A stretch of 39,731 bases of DNA from an uncultured Muribaculaceae bacterium (GCA_964407175.1 CAYOUK010000001.1:1-39731); one strand, 5' to 3'; numbered from the stretch's first letter, positions 7,830 to 15,845 are shown. Numbers and translations are program-made. The notes: a model not told the origin generated them from the sequence alone.

Positions 7830-8552
7830 ATGAATATTAATTATCTAGATTTAGCAATAGCTAACGAACAAATAAAAACAACTGACATAAAGGGAAAAGA
7901 TTATGCAGAAGTTAATCAAAGAATTAAAGCATTTAGGATGGTATACCCTAATGGAACAATAAAAACTGAAATGTTAAGCAATGAAAATGGTGTTTGTATA
8001 TTTAAAGCAACTATATGGAACGACAACAAGTTATTAGCAACTGGTACTGCTTATGAAAAAGAAAACAGTACATTTATTAATAAAACAAGTTATATCGAGA
8101 ATTGTGAAACATCGGCAATAGGTAGAGCTCTAGGAATAGCAGGTTTTGGAATAGATGTAAGTGTAGCAAGTGCAGAAGAGGTACAAAATGCTATTAATAA
8201 TCAAACAATAAGCAAAGAAGAAGCAGAAGAATATAAAATCAATTTTGGTAAGTATTCAGGAAAAACAATAAAAGAGATATATGAAGAGAAACCTGAATAT
8301 GTAGAGTGGTTAATGAATAACACTAAAGATGAAACAATAGTTAAAGTTATCGAGATAGTAACTGGTTTAGTAAAACCAAGTGAAGAAGAGTTAGATAATA
8401 GAGCGTGGTTATTAGCTAGTATTCAAACACTAGAGATGGAAAAGAATGTAGATCATAGCAAAGCTTTAAAACATTACAAAGTAGATTCAGACAAAGAAAT
8501 GACAGTAGAACAACTAGAGGACTATGAAAAAAGATTAAAGGAGATGAAATAA
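7830..8552 (+). CDS. single-strand annealing protein (Rad52/Sak-like) with DUF3820-like C-terminal domain
   Basis: GTAYEKE...ENCETSAIGRALGIAGFGI parallels the Rad52 G.G...E.A.T.A.KRAL.FG core. FGKYSGKTIKEIYEEKPEYVEWL is a DUF3820-type motif. The gene lies next to SSB. Confidence 0.55.
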   Translation: MNINYLDLAIANEQIKTTDIKGKDYAEVNQRIKAFRMVYPNGTIKTEMLSNENGVCIFKATIWNDNKLLATGTAYEKENSTFINKTSYIENCETSAIGRALGIAGFGIDVSVASAEEVQNAINNQTISKEEAEEYKINFGKYSGKTIKEIYEEKPEYVEWLMNNTKDETIVKVIEIVTGLVKPSEEELDNRAWLLASIQTLEMEKNVDHSKALKHYKVDSDKEMTVEQLEDYEKRLKEMK

Positions 8553-8786
8553 ATGATATTAGACCCAGTATTAAACTCAATAATAGATTATGATGCTAAA
8601 GAGAATATGGATGAATATGTAGTAACTGCAATGGTTACAATGCCTATACAAATATCAGTAAGAGCAAAAGATAGAGTAGAGGCATTAGATAAAGTAACAA
8701 ATGAAGAATATGACAAAGATGATGATATAGAGTATCTAAAAAAAGAAATGATACTAGAAGAAATAGTGAATGTGGAGGTGGAATAG
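8553..8786 (+). CDS. hypothetical acidic protein
   Basis: RBS AAGGAG, 77 aa. Confidence 0.55.
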   Translation: MILDPVLNSIIDYDAKENMDEYVVTAMVTMPIQISVRAKDRVEALDKVTNEEYDKDDDIEYLKKEMILEEIVNVEVE

Positions 8787-9059
8787 ATGAATGAATTAGA
8801 AAAAGCATTGGAACAACTAAATATTAAATATGAAAAAAATGGAAAAAAATACAAAATACCAACAACAAAAGAAAATCTAGTAGAATTATTAAAGGGTTAT
8901 ATAGCAATGACAATTAATTTACAATCCAAAATAGACAAGGCTAATCAATATCTTGAAGAACGTTTTGTATTTGATGATGAAAATGGTGAATATTATCAAA
9001 CACATACATTTGACAAGAACAATGCAAAAGAATTACATGATATTTTAAAGGAGGAATAA
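8787..9059 (+). CDS. hypothetical protein
   Basis: RBS GGAGGTGG, 90 aa. Confidence 0.55.
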   Translation: MNELEKALEQLNIKYEKNGKKYKIPTTKENLVELLKGYIAMTINLQSKIDKANQYLEERFVFDDENGEYYQTHTFDKNNAKELHDILKEE

Positions 9060-9518
9060 ATGAATAGATTTAATATAACAGGGCGTGTAAGTCAAGATAT
9101 TAGCTTATACGCCACTAAATCAAATGTAAATTTTGCTTGGTTATCGGTAGCAGTAAAAAAGAGATTTAAAAATAACGAGGGTAAATATGATGCAGATTTT
9201 ATCAGATGTGAATTATGGAGAAATACTGCAGAATTTGCTAGTAAATATCTTGCTAAAGGTGATGTGGTTGGAATAAGTGGTTATATCAAAGTAGAAACAA
9301 GATACAACGAACACGCAGGGCATAATGAAACTAATTTAAGTCTAGTAGCAGATGATATAGAAATAATCGCTAGGAAACCAAGAGAATATACTCAGGAAGA
9401 TTATAAGCAAGTAAAAGAACACGTAGAAGAAAGAAAAGAAGAAATTAAAGAAGAAACAGACCCTTTTGAAATGTTTGGCAAAGAGGTTGTAATCAATGAT
9501 GACGAGCTTCCCTTTTAA
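9060..9518 (+). CDS. ssb: single-stranded DNA-binding protein
   Basis: OB-fold-like N-terminus (NRFNITGRVSQD...) and the canonical acidic C-terminal tip DDELPF. Confidence 0.85.
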   Translation: MNRFNITGRVSQDISLYATKSNVNFAWLSVAVKKRFKNNEGKYDADFIRCELWRNTAEFASKYLAKGDVVGISGYIKVETRYNEHAGHNETNLSLVADDIEIIARKPREYTQEDYKQVKEHVEERKEEIKEETDPFEMFGKEVVINDDELPF

Positions 9519-9528
9519 GAGGTAAGTT

Positions 9529-9984
9529 ATGGAATTTATAGGGAGTGTTAAAAATTTTAAAAAAATATTAGAAAAATTCAAAAATGATGATGAGTTCTAT
9601 TTTAAAGTAGAAGATAAGAAAAAACACAGGACATTGCAACAAAATAAGTATATGTGGAAATTAATACACCAAATAGCAAAAGTTCAATTTGAGGATGATT
9701 ACAAAATATATTTGGATGCTATTAAAAGGGCAGATGCAAAAAGTGAATATGTTATCACCTCTAGAGAAATGTTAGAAGATTTAAGACAAAACTTTAGAGG
9801 TGTAGAATTCATCAGGTATCAAGATGTGAATAATCACAGGTGCTATGTATACAAGTGTTATCTAGGTAGTTCAAAAATGACTACCAAAGAGATGAAAGAG
9901 TTATTAGAGATTCTTTTAGATATGGCAAGCGATGTGGGGTTAGATTTGGTTTATTGGAAAAATATATTTTATGTTAAGGAGTAG
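9529..9984 (+). CDS. ninB: NinB/Orf-like recombination mediator
   Basis: KKKHRTLQQNKYMWKLIHQIAKV and LGSSKMTTKEMKELLEILLDMASDVGLDL parallel lambda NinB RSLDQNRKLWACLGDVS and GQSTSRMRVGEFAELLELIQAFG. Confidence 0.65.
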   Translation: MEFIGSVKNFKKILEKFKNDDEFYFKVEDKKKHRTLQQNKYMWKLIHQIAKVQFEDDYKIYLDAIKRADAKSEYVITSREMLEDLRQNFRGVEFIRYQDVNNHRCYVYKCYLGSSKMTTKEMKELLEILLDMASDVGLDLVYWKNIFYVKE

Positions 9985-9987
9985 AAA

Positions 9988-10143
9988 ATGCTAATTGAGA
10001 AAGACAAATATTTGAATATGTGGGTTGTTTGGTTGATTAATGGGAGTTTACACATAGATGTGTTTAAGAGCAAGTATAAAAAATCTTGTAAAGAGTGGGT
10101 GAAAGAAAATGAAAAAAGAATTCATAGAAAATTATCTATTTGA
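9988..10143 (+). CDS. hypothetical small protein (51 aa)
   Basis: Not in the ORF track. Strong RBS (AAGGAG, 7-nt spacing). It overlaps the next ORF by 35 nt. Confidence 0.45.
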   Translation: MLIEKDKYLNMWVVWLINGSLHIDVFKSKYKKSCKEWVKENEKRIHRKLSI

Positions 10144-10330
10144 AGTATTCAAAGATAGTACATTCAAAGGATCAGGGGAATTCAAAAGAGTTTTAAAAGA
10201 TTTCATAGACATAGATTATACAAGATTATATACAAGAATAGTCAATTATCAGGTAAAGAAATATGGAACTAATTTGTATAGAAGAAGTGGTGTATTATCT
10301 TCATACAAGAAAAAGGAGATGGCAAAATGA
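10109..10330 (+). CDS. hypothetical protein
   Basis: 73-aa basic ORF in the early operon. Confidence 0.5.
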   Translation: MKKEFIENYLFEVFKDSTFKGSGEFKRVLKDFIDIDYTRLYTRIVNYQVKKYGTNLYRRSGVLSSYKKKEMAK

Positions 10331-10521
10331 TATTGATGTATGATCTAGAAGATAATCTATTAATGGAATTTAAAGATAGAAAAAAATGTGCTGAATATTT
10401 TAATACAAGAGTTGAAAATATCCATAATCATTTAAGCAAAGTCAGATGCGAATATGTTAAGAAAAAAAGAGATTTTAAAAATCATAGATGGGTGAAACTT
10501 GTCGAGGTGTATGATGACTAG
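10327..10521 (+). CDS. small DNA-binding-like protein (NUMOD/IENR-type HTH resemblance)
   Basis: MYDLEDNLLMEFKDRKKCAEYFNTRVENIHNHLSK resembles the DNA-binding modules of homing endonucleases. RBS is AAGGAG. Confidence 0.45.
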   Translation: MILMYDLEDNLLMEFKDRKKCAEYFNTRVENIHNHLSKVRCEYVKKKRDFKNHRWVKLVEVYDD

Positions 10522-10681
10522 ATATGAGATAACACTATACATCCTAGGTATAACAATAATGTCTTTAATAGTGATACTAGTATGTAGCTTTATTTATACA
10601 AACCAAAGAGATAATGCCTATGTTGAAAGCAGAAAACAATTCAATGAAAGTGTGATGAATAATGCAAGAAAAAATAATTAA
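10514..10681 (+). CDS. small membrane protein
   Basis: The track ORF starts at TTG 10499; ATG 10514 is better spaced from GAGGTG. One transmembrane helix (ITLYILGITIMSLIVILVCSFIY). Confidence 0.5.
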   Translation: MTRYEITLYILGITIMSLIVILVCSFIYTNQRDNAYVESRKQFNESVMNNARKNN

Positions 10682-10880
10682 GGAATTAAGGCAGGAACTA
10701 AAAGAACAAATTAAGGAAAATCAAGAGCTTGAAAAAAAGATTGATGGTTTAGTAACAGTTATTGCTTTGGTTAGGGAATATATAGAAAGAAACATGACTT
10801 ATGAAACATGCGAAAGAAAACTTTGCACTCAAGAAGGCAATGATTTATTAGAAATATTAGAAAGAGTGAATGAAGAATGA
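10662..10880 (+). CDS. hypothetical coiled-coil protein
   Basis: 72 aa, charged heptad-like sequence. Confidence 0.5.
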   Translation: MQEKIIKELRQELKEQIKENQELEKKIDGLVTVIALVREYIERNMTYETCERKLCTQEGNDLLEILERVNEE

Positions 10881-11203
10881 AGGTAATAGATTTATTAGAC
10901 AAAATAGCAAATGGTGAAGAAGCACCAAATGAAATAATATTTGAAAATTATAGATATCATAAACACCCTGAGGGTTATTTTAGAAGTGTTATAAACAGTA
11001 ATTGGATAGCATTAACAACTGATTTTAATATATATGATATTTTAAATGACGAAGTAGAAACCCTAGAAGAACCAAAGGGAATACCTGAAAAAATAAATAA
11101 TGGTTATTATCATTTAGAACAAGAGGAGCAAAATCATTTGTTTAAAAACAAAATCAACGAAATAATAGATTGTCTTGAATATCTTGAAAGCAAAGGAGAA
11201 TAA
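10877..11203 (+). CDS. hypothetical protein
   Basis: 108 aa. The start overlaps the upstream stop (ATGA). Confidence 0.55.
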   Translation: MKVIDLLDKIANGEEAPNEIIFENYRYHKHPEGYFRSVINSNWIALTTDFNIYDILNDEVETLEEPKGIPEKINNGYYHLEQEEQNHLFKNKINEIIDCLEYLESKGE

Positions 11204-11205
11204 CA

Positions 11206-11478
11206 ATGAGTGATGAGATAAAAGAAATAATAAATCAATTAGATATTGTTGCAGGAAAACATACTATTGAAGTATGTGAAGATGGTTCAAAAATAGAAAC
11301 TATGCCAGCAAGTGCAATTGATGAATTAAGACTAAATAATTATAGTTCAAAATTATTATTAGATTACATAACTAATTTACAAACGATAGAACGCGAGTAT
11401 AGTAGCTTGTTAAGTGAGAATGCTGAATTACAACAAGAAAACGATAGATTAGCTGATTTAGCAGAAAAGGTGGAATAA
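11206..11478 (+). CDS. hypothetical protein
   Basis: RBS AAGGAG, 90 aa. Confidence 0.55.
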   Translation: MSDEIKEIINQLDIVAGKHTIEVCEDGSKIETMPASAIDELRLNNYSSKLLLDYITNLQTIEREYSSLLSENAELQQENDRLADLAEKVE

Positions 11479-11601
11479 ATGATACAAACAATATTTGACT
11501 GGCTAAACACCTTAATCATTAATGGTGATATATACCTAGTGTTTATTATATTGCTTATATTAATAGCAATATGCGTTGAGTTATTATGGAGGTTTAAGTG
11601 A
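11479..11601 (+). CDS. small membrane protein (40 aa)
   Basis: Not in the ORF track. RBS AAGGTGG. One hydrophobic helix. The stop overlaps the next GTG start (GTGA). Confidence 0.45.
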   Translation: MIQTIFDWLNTLIINGDIYLVFIILLILIAICVELLWRFK

Positions 11602-11915
11602 AAGTTGGAGATTATATAAGAACTAAAAAAGGTTATATAAGAAAAATTATACCGTCTTTTTTTGATAAAGATATGGTATTTGTTGAAACACACACTTGGT
11701 TTAAAAAGAAAGATATTATCAAATCAAGCCCTAACATAATAGATTTAATTGAGGTTGGAGATTATGTTAATGGTGTAATGGTAACTGAAATAAAAGACGG
11801 TAAACCTTTTAAAGAAGATTATAACGACCCATATTATAGTTATTATTTTGATGATATATATTCAATAGTAACAAAAGAACAATTTGAAAGTATGGAATAT
11901 AAAGTGGAGGTTTAA
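11598..11915 (+). CDS. hypothetical protein
   Basis: GTG start after TGGAGG, 105 aa. Confidence 0.55.
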   Translation: MKVGDYIRTKKGYIRKIIPSFFDKDMVFVETHTWFKKKDIIKSSPNIIDLIEVGDYVNGVMVTEIKDGKPFKEDYNDPYYSYYFDDIYSIVTKEQFESMEYKVEV

Positions 11916-13370
11916 GTGAGGCTATACAGCGAAAACGAAAATTACAAACTATATCAAGGCAATATGTTAGATATGCTTGAGGTAATAGAACCAAATAGCA
12001 TTGATTCAATAGTGACTGATCCACCTTATGGTTTAACTAGCATAACAAAAAGGTTTGACAAAGAAAACAGTGTGGAATGTCAATATGGTAAAGATGGTTC
12101 TTTTCAAAGGTTAAGCAAAGGTTTTATGGGTAAAGAGTGGGACGGTTCTGGCATTGAATACAACATAGATGCTTGGAGAAAATGTTACGAAATTTTAAAG
12201 CCAGGTGGCTATTTATTGGCTTTTGGTGGTAGCCGTACATTTCACAGAATAGCTTGTGCCATTGAGGACGCAGGGTTTGAAATAAGAGATACAATATGCT
12301 GGATGTATGGTTCAGGATTCCCTAAAAGTATGAATGTAGGACTTGCTATTGATAAGAAAAATGGGGTGGAAAGCAAGATAATAGGTTCAAAAATTAGGAA
12401 GCAAGATTTTAACAACCCAAATGAAATAGAACAGAAATGTGGATTTAAAAAAGGCATATATGAAATAAAAGAAGCACAAAACAAATGGCAAGGTTGGGGA
12501 ACTGCATTAAAACCATCATTTGAGCCTATTATAGTAGCAAGAAAACCATTTAAAGGCAGTTTAGTAGATAATGTAATAGAATATGGTGTTGGTGGAATAA
12601 ATATTGATGAATGTAGAGTTGGAAATGAAATTATAACACAATTACAAAAAGATATGACAAAATATCATGGAAATAAATTAGGAACAGGACACCATACACA
12701 GATGACAGGAATAACAACACAAACAGTAGGTAGGTTCCCTGCAAACACAATACTAACTTATGATGAAACAGATTTTGATGAAGTATGTGGTGGGTTTCCT
12801 TATACTAAAACGGGCTGGAAAAATAATGACAAAACAAAAACAAAAGACAACATAGTGGTTGATTTTATGAATAAAGTTGGTTTTACAGGTAACCATTATG
12901 AAGATAGTGGTTCTGCCTCAAGATACTTCTATAATGCAAAAGCAAGTAAGAAAGATAGAGATGAGGGGTTAGATGAGTTTGAAACTAAACAATGTGTTGG
13001 CGGTGGTGGAGGCATTGGCAATTATTTAGAAGATGTAAATAGTGCAAGTGGCAAATTTGGAAGTGAAAAAGCACCACACAAAAACACACATCCAACAGTA
13101 AAACCAACAGAACTTATGCAATATCTAGTAAGGCTTGTCACTCCAAACGGTGGAACAGTACTTGACCCATTTAATGGTTCTGGTAGCACAGGCAAAGCTG
13201 TTATGTATGAAAACCACGAAAGAGATAAGAATTATAAATATGTAGGCATAGAACTAACAGAAGAATACTTGCCTATATCAAAAGCAAGAATAGAATATGT
13301 ATGCAACTTGCCTAAAGAACAAAAACAAAGCACTATATTTGATTATTTAGGAGATGACAACAATGAATGA
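11916..13370 (+). CDS. orphan DNA methyltransferase, beta-class N6A/N4C family (DPPY type)
   Basis: Motif IV SIVTDPPYG lies N-terminal and motif I LDPFNGSGSTGKA lies C-terminal. Family-typical GFPKS, GRFPAN, SRYFY and HPTVKP are present. No nuclease partner is adjacent. Confidence 0.85.
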   Translation: MRLYSENENYKLYQGNMLDMLEVIEPNSIDSIVTDPPYGLTSITKRFDKENSVECQYGKDGSFQRLSKGFMGKEWDGSGIEYNIDAWRKCYEILKPGGYLLAFGGSRTFHRIACAIEDAGFEIRDTICWMYGSGFPKSMNVGLAIDKKNGVESKIIGSKIRKQDFNNPNEIEQKCGFKKGIYEIKEAQNKWQGWGTALKPSFEPIIVARKPFKGSLVDNVIEYGVGGINIDECRVGNEIITQLQKDMTKYHGNKLGTGHHTQMTGITTQTVGRFPANTILTYDETDFDEVCGGFPYTKTGWKNNDKTKTKDNIVVDFMNKVGFTGNHYEDSGSASRYFYNAKASKKDRDEGLDEFETKQCVGGGGGIGNYLEDVNSASGKFGSEKAPHKNTHPTVKPTELMQYLVRLVTPNGGTVLDPFNGSGSTGKAVMYENHERDKNYKYVGIELTEEYLPISKARIEYVCNLPKEQKQSTIFDYLGDDNNE

Positions 13371-13596
13371 TTTTGTAGTATATGGAAATATTAACCAAAA
13401 AGGTTGGAAATTATTACAAACAACCTCAAGCAGAGATAGATTAGAGAACATATTACGCGTTATTATGGATTCTAAAGAAAGCATACAAGTTATAGTAGTA
13501 TATAGTATGAGTGATAGGGACATTCCTTTATGTAGCTTTAACAACAAAGCACAAAAAGAGATAGATATGGAAAGTATATTGAGGTGGTGTAAGTAA
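13363..13596 (+). CDS. hypothetical protein
   Basis: The track ORF starts at 13354; ATG 13363 is better spaced from GGAG. Confidence 0.5.
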   Translation: MNDFVVYGNINQKGWKLLQTTSSRDRLENILRVIMDSKESIQVIVVYSMSDRDIPLCSFNNKAQKEIDMESILRWCK

Positions 13597-13829
13597 TGGA
13601 ATTGTGGGTAAGAACACAAACCAGATTTGAATTAGCAAAGATAAATAGTGTTTATGTAGGTTATCAGGAAAAAGACAAAGATTATGTGATAATGGGGGAA
13701 AAACATAATGGTGGAGCAAGATTAGGATCGTATGCAACAAAAGAAAGAGCATTAGAGGTATTAGATGAGATACAAGAGTTTATAGAAAAGAAATATTATG
13801 GTTTTGTTTATGAAATGCCAAAAAAATAA
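13596..13829 (+). CDS. hypothetical protein
   Basis: RBS GAGGTGG, 77 aa. Confidence 0.55.
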   Translation: MELWVRTQTRFELAKINSVYVGYQEKDKDYVIMGEKHNGGARLGSYATKERALEVLDEIQEFIEKKYYGFVYEMPKK

Positions 13830-13847
13830 AAAAAGAAAGAGGGAAAT

Positions 13848-13988
13848 ATGAGAAAAAGATTAGATAACATAAGATTAATGCTTAAAGAGTTTGATTATGA
13901 TAAAAACACTTTAGATGATACTATTAATTTCCTGCATTATGTATTAAGGCAATTAGACGAAATATACAACGAGGTAGATAATGGATGA
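13848..13988 (+). CDS. hypothetical small protein (46 aa)
   Basis: Not in the ORF track. RBS AGAGGG. It overlaps the next start (ATGGATGA). Confidence 0.45.
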   Translation: MRKRLDNIRLMLKEFDYDKNTLDDTINFLHYVLRQLDEIYNEVDNG

Positions 13989-14256
13989 AATTAATATTAA
14001 ATCTCAAAAAGAAGAGTTAAAAAGAATTAATAATCAGTTATCGTTATTAATGGCAAAGAAAAGAGCTATACAACATTTCTTAAAAAAAGAGGCAAGTGAT
14101 GAAGAAGCAGAGTTAAAAGAAAAGATAATAGCTTTAAGGGACGACAAAGAATTCATAGAAAAAAATGGTAGGTCAAGATACTATTGGGAAATAGGAAACG
14201 AGGTCGGCTACTCGGAAACTACCATTAAAAGAATATTCAAAAGTATCAAAAAATGA
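13981..14256 (+). CDS. putative late-gene transcriptional regulator (sigma-70 region-4-like / DUF1492-like HTH)
   Basis: C-terminal IGNEVGYSETTIKRIFKSI resembles a region-4 HTH. It is the last gene of the early operon and is followed by a strong terminator. Confidence 0.4.
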   Translation: MDEINIKSQKEELKRINNQLSLLMAKKRAIQHFLKKEASDEEAELKEKIIALRDDKEFIEKNGRSRYYWEIGNEVGYSETTIKRIFKSIKK

Positions 14257-14297
14257 GGTATCAATGACACCTGAAAGTTGGTACCTCGACTTTTTTT
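14255..14297 (+). terminator. rho-independent terminator (hairpin motif copy A)
   Basis: gaggtatcaa / ttggtacctc is a 10-bp stem with one G-U pair and a 13-nt loop, followed by a T7 run at 14291..14297. Confidence 0.7.
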
Positions 14298-14332
14298 ATT
14301 TGGTTTAAAATTAATATATATGGAGGCAAACT

Positions 14333-14749
14333 ATGGAAAAATATAAGATTACTAAAAATGGTGTAGATGATTATACACTTGAATATAAAGACAAAAAGAT
14401 AGATTTTAAAACAGAAGTAGGCATTATGGCAAAGATGCAGGGTGCAACAAAGACTGCAAGGCTAAAAATGATTAATGATGCCACTAAAGAGGGTATATCG
14501 TTAAAAGAATACACTAAAGAGATAAAAAAAGATGGCAAGACCTACTATGACAACACAAACAAGACCGAGCTAGAGAATTTATACATAAATGATGAAGTAT
14601 CAAAAGTCTTTGACGAGATATGCCAAAAGAAGTTTAATCTAGGTTTATTAGATTTGATACAAGACATAGACTTATCAGATGATGAAATAGAAAAATTTAG
14701 TCAAGAACTAACAGAGGCATTGTTAGGAAAAACGCCCAGAGGAAAATAA
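14333..14749 (+). CDS. hypothetical acidic protein; candidate tail assembly chaperone (gpG-like)
   Basis: 138 aa with a strong RBS. Size, charge and the acidic helical C-terminus resemble XkdN/gpG-type chaperones. This rests on resemblance by eye only. Confidence 0.3.
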   Translation: MEKYKITKNGVDDYTLEYKDKKIDFKTEVGIMAKMQGATKTARLKMINDATKEGISLKEYTKEIKKDGKTYYDNTNKTELENLYINDEVSKVFDEICQKKFNLGLLDLIQDIDLSDDEIEKFSQELTEALLGKTPRGK

Positions 14750-14807
14750 CGGTTACAAAACCAAAAGAGTAGCACAAACACTTATATGTCTAGCATACGA
14801 TAAAGAC

Positions 14808-15107
14808 ATGCATCAGTTATATGATTTTTATTGTGCTAGGTATGAAAATATGAGATATGAAGAATTCCTGAATCTAGGTTATGAAGAGTTCAGTATAAAG
14901 TTAGAAAGCATACCTGAAAATGAGCCATTATATCCAATTATTAAGTCTAGGAGCATTAATCTAGCAAAGATAAAAGACAAAGAAGAAAGAAAATACTGGC
15001 GAGAGCTTAAAAGGATCAATGCTATTCCTGACATATACATATCAAACGAAGAACTAGACCAAAGATTAAAAGATAATTTAAGAAGCAATGTAGGAGGTAT
15101 TATATGA
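14808..15107 (+). CDS. hypothetical protein; possibly expressed as a +1 frameshift extension of the upstream ORF
   Basis: ATG 14808 has no recognisable SD. Its frame is open from 14727 and overlaps the end of the upstream ORF. Confidence 0.45.
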   Translation: MHQLYDFYCARYENMRYEEFLNLGYEEFSIKLESIPENEPLYPIIKSRSINLAKIKDKEERKYWRELKRINAIPDIYISNEELDQRLKDNLRSNVGGII

Positions 15108-15547
15108 AAATAAATTTTGAAAACGACTTATTAGAGTTTATGAAGAATGTAACAATAGAAGACAAAGAATTTTCTAGTTATGAGGATGTAAAAGGGAATT
15201 ATTTTGAAATGAATACAGGAGCATTAATATGCAGATGTGATGCTTTCGAGATACCTAAAGAAAGACCAAGCGAAAAAGTGTCTAGCGAGTATGAGGTTGC
15301 AGTTTTTAGTAAGGCGATAGAAGATTTACCTTATAACACAAAAACAATTAAAAAAGCAGTCCCTAAAAGCGAAATAACAGGTAAAGAAAAAGACATGACT
15401 GTATTAACTGAAAAAGCAGTAGAGGTTGCTCTTGTATATGTAGTAAGTAACCCTTATAAAGTACAAAAATGCTTTGTAGATAAAAACGAGGCATTAAAGA
15501 CTGCAAAAGACATAAACGCAAAAATAAAGAAGATATGTAGAAGTTAA
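15104..15547 (+). CDS. hypothetical protein
   Basis: RBS AGGAGG, ATGA overlap with the upstream gene, 147 aa. Confidence 0.6.
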   Translation: MKINFENDLLEFMKNVTIEDKEFSSYEDVKGNYFEMNTGALICRCDAFEIPKERPSEKVSSEYEVAVFSKAIEDLPYNTKTIKKAVPKSEITGKEKDMTVLTEKAVEVALVYVVSNPYKVQKCFVDKNEALKTAKDINAKIKKICRS

Positions 15548-15551
15548 AACC

Positions 15552-15734
15552 GTGCCCGTATCTCTTATATACGTTTTACTCCTTAACGTATAAAAATAAT
15601 TAAGTTGCTAATACAAATAATCATTTTCATTCTGACAATAAAGATATGTTATCAAGGTTCACTAATTTTGACATAAATAATTACTTTTTTCATAGTAAAC
15701 ACCAATATACTATTAATCTTAAAGATACGGGCAC
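15552..15734 (+). repeat. 183-nt non-coding element bounded by a perfect 12-bp inverted repeat
   Basis: GTGCCCGTATCT (15552..15563) pairs with AGATACGGGCAC (15723..15734). An internal hairpin tatacgtt/aacgtata (15568..15592) has a CUCCU-containing loop. Confidence 0.7.
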
Positions 15735-15759
15735 AAAAATATTATAGGAGGTATATATC

Positions 15760-15834
15760 ATGGAATATATAGCAATTACGTTAATTGTATGTTTAACTTT
15801 AATCGCTCTTGCGATGATAGGAAAAAGCGAGTAA
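15760..15834 (+). CDS. 24-aa hydrophobic micro-ORF (MEYIAITLIVCLTLIALAMIGKSE)
   Basis: Not in the ORF track. Strong RBS AGGAGG with 9-nt spacing. It has a single predicted transmembrane segment and a charged tail, and ends 11 nt before the GT4 start. Confidence 0.45.
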   Translation: MEYIAITLIVCLTLIALAMIGKSE

Positions 15835-15845
15835 AAAGAGGGCAT

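Noticed and set aside
11587-11601. 15-nt exact repeat tggaggtttaagtga at 11587 and 11905 (similar at about 29442)
   Set aside because: It is simply SD plus spacer plus GTG start overlapping a stop, i.e. a recurring translational-coupling junction. No further flanking similarity exists.
15552-15734. Retron msr/msd-like or riboswitch interpretation of the inverted-repeat-bounded element
   Set aside because: The flanking inverted repeats resemble retron a1/a2, but no reverse transcriptase gene exists in the window. I recognise no conserved riboswitch core (c-di-GMP, preQ1, etc.) in this AT-rich sequence. It is reported only as an unclassified element.
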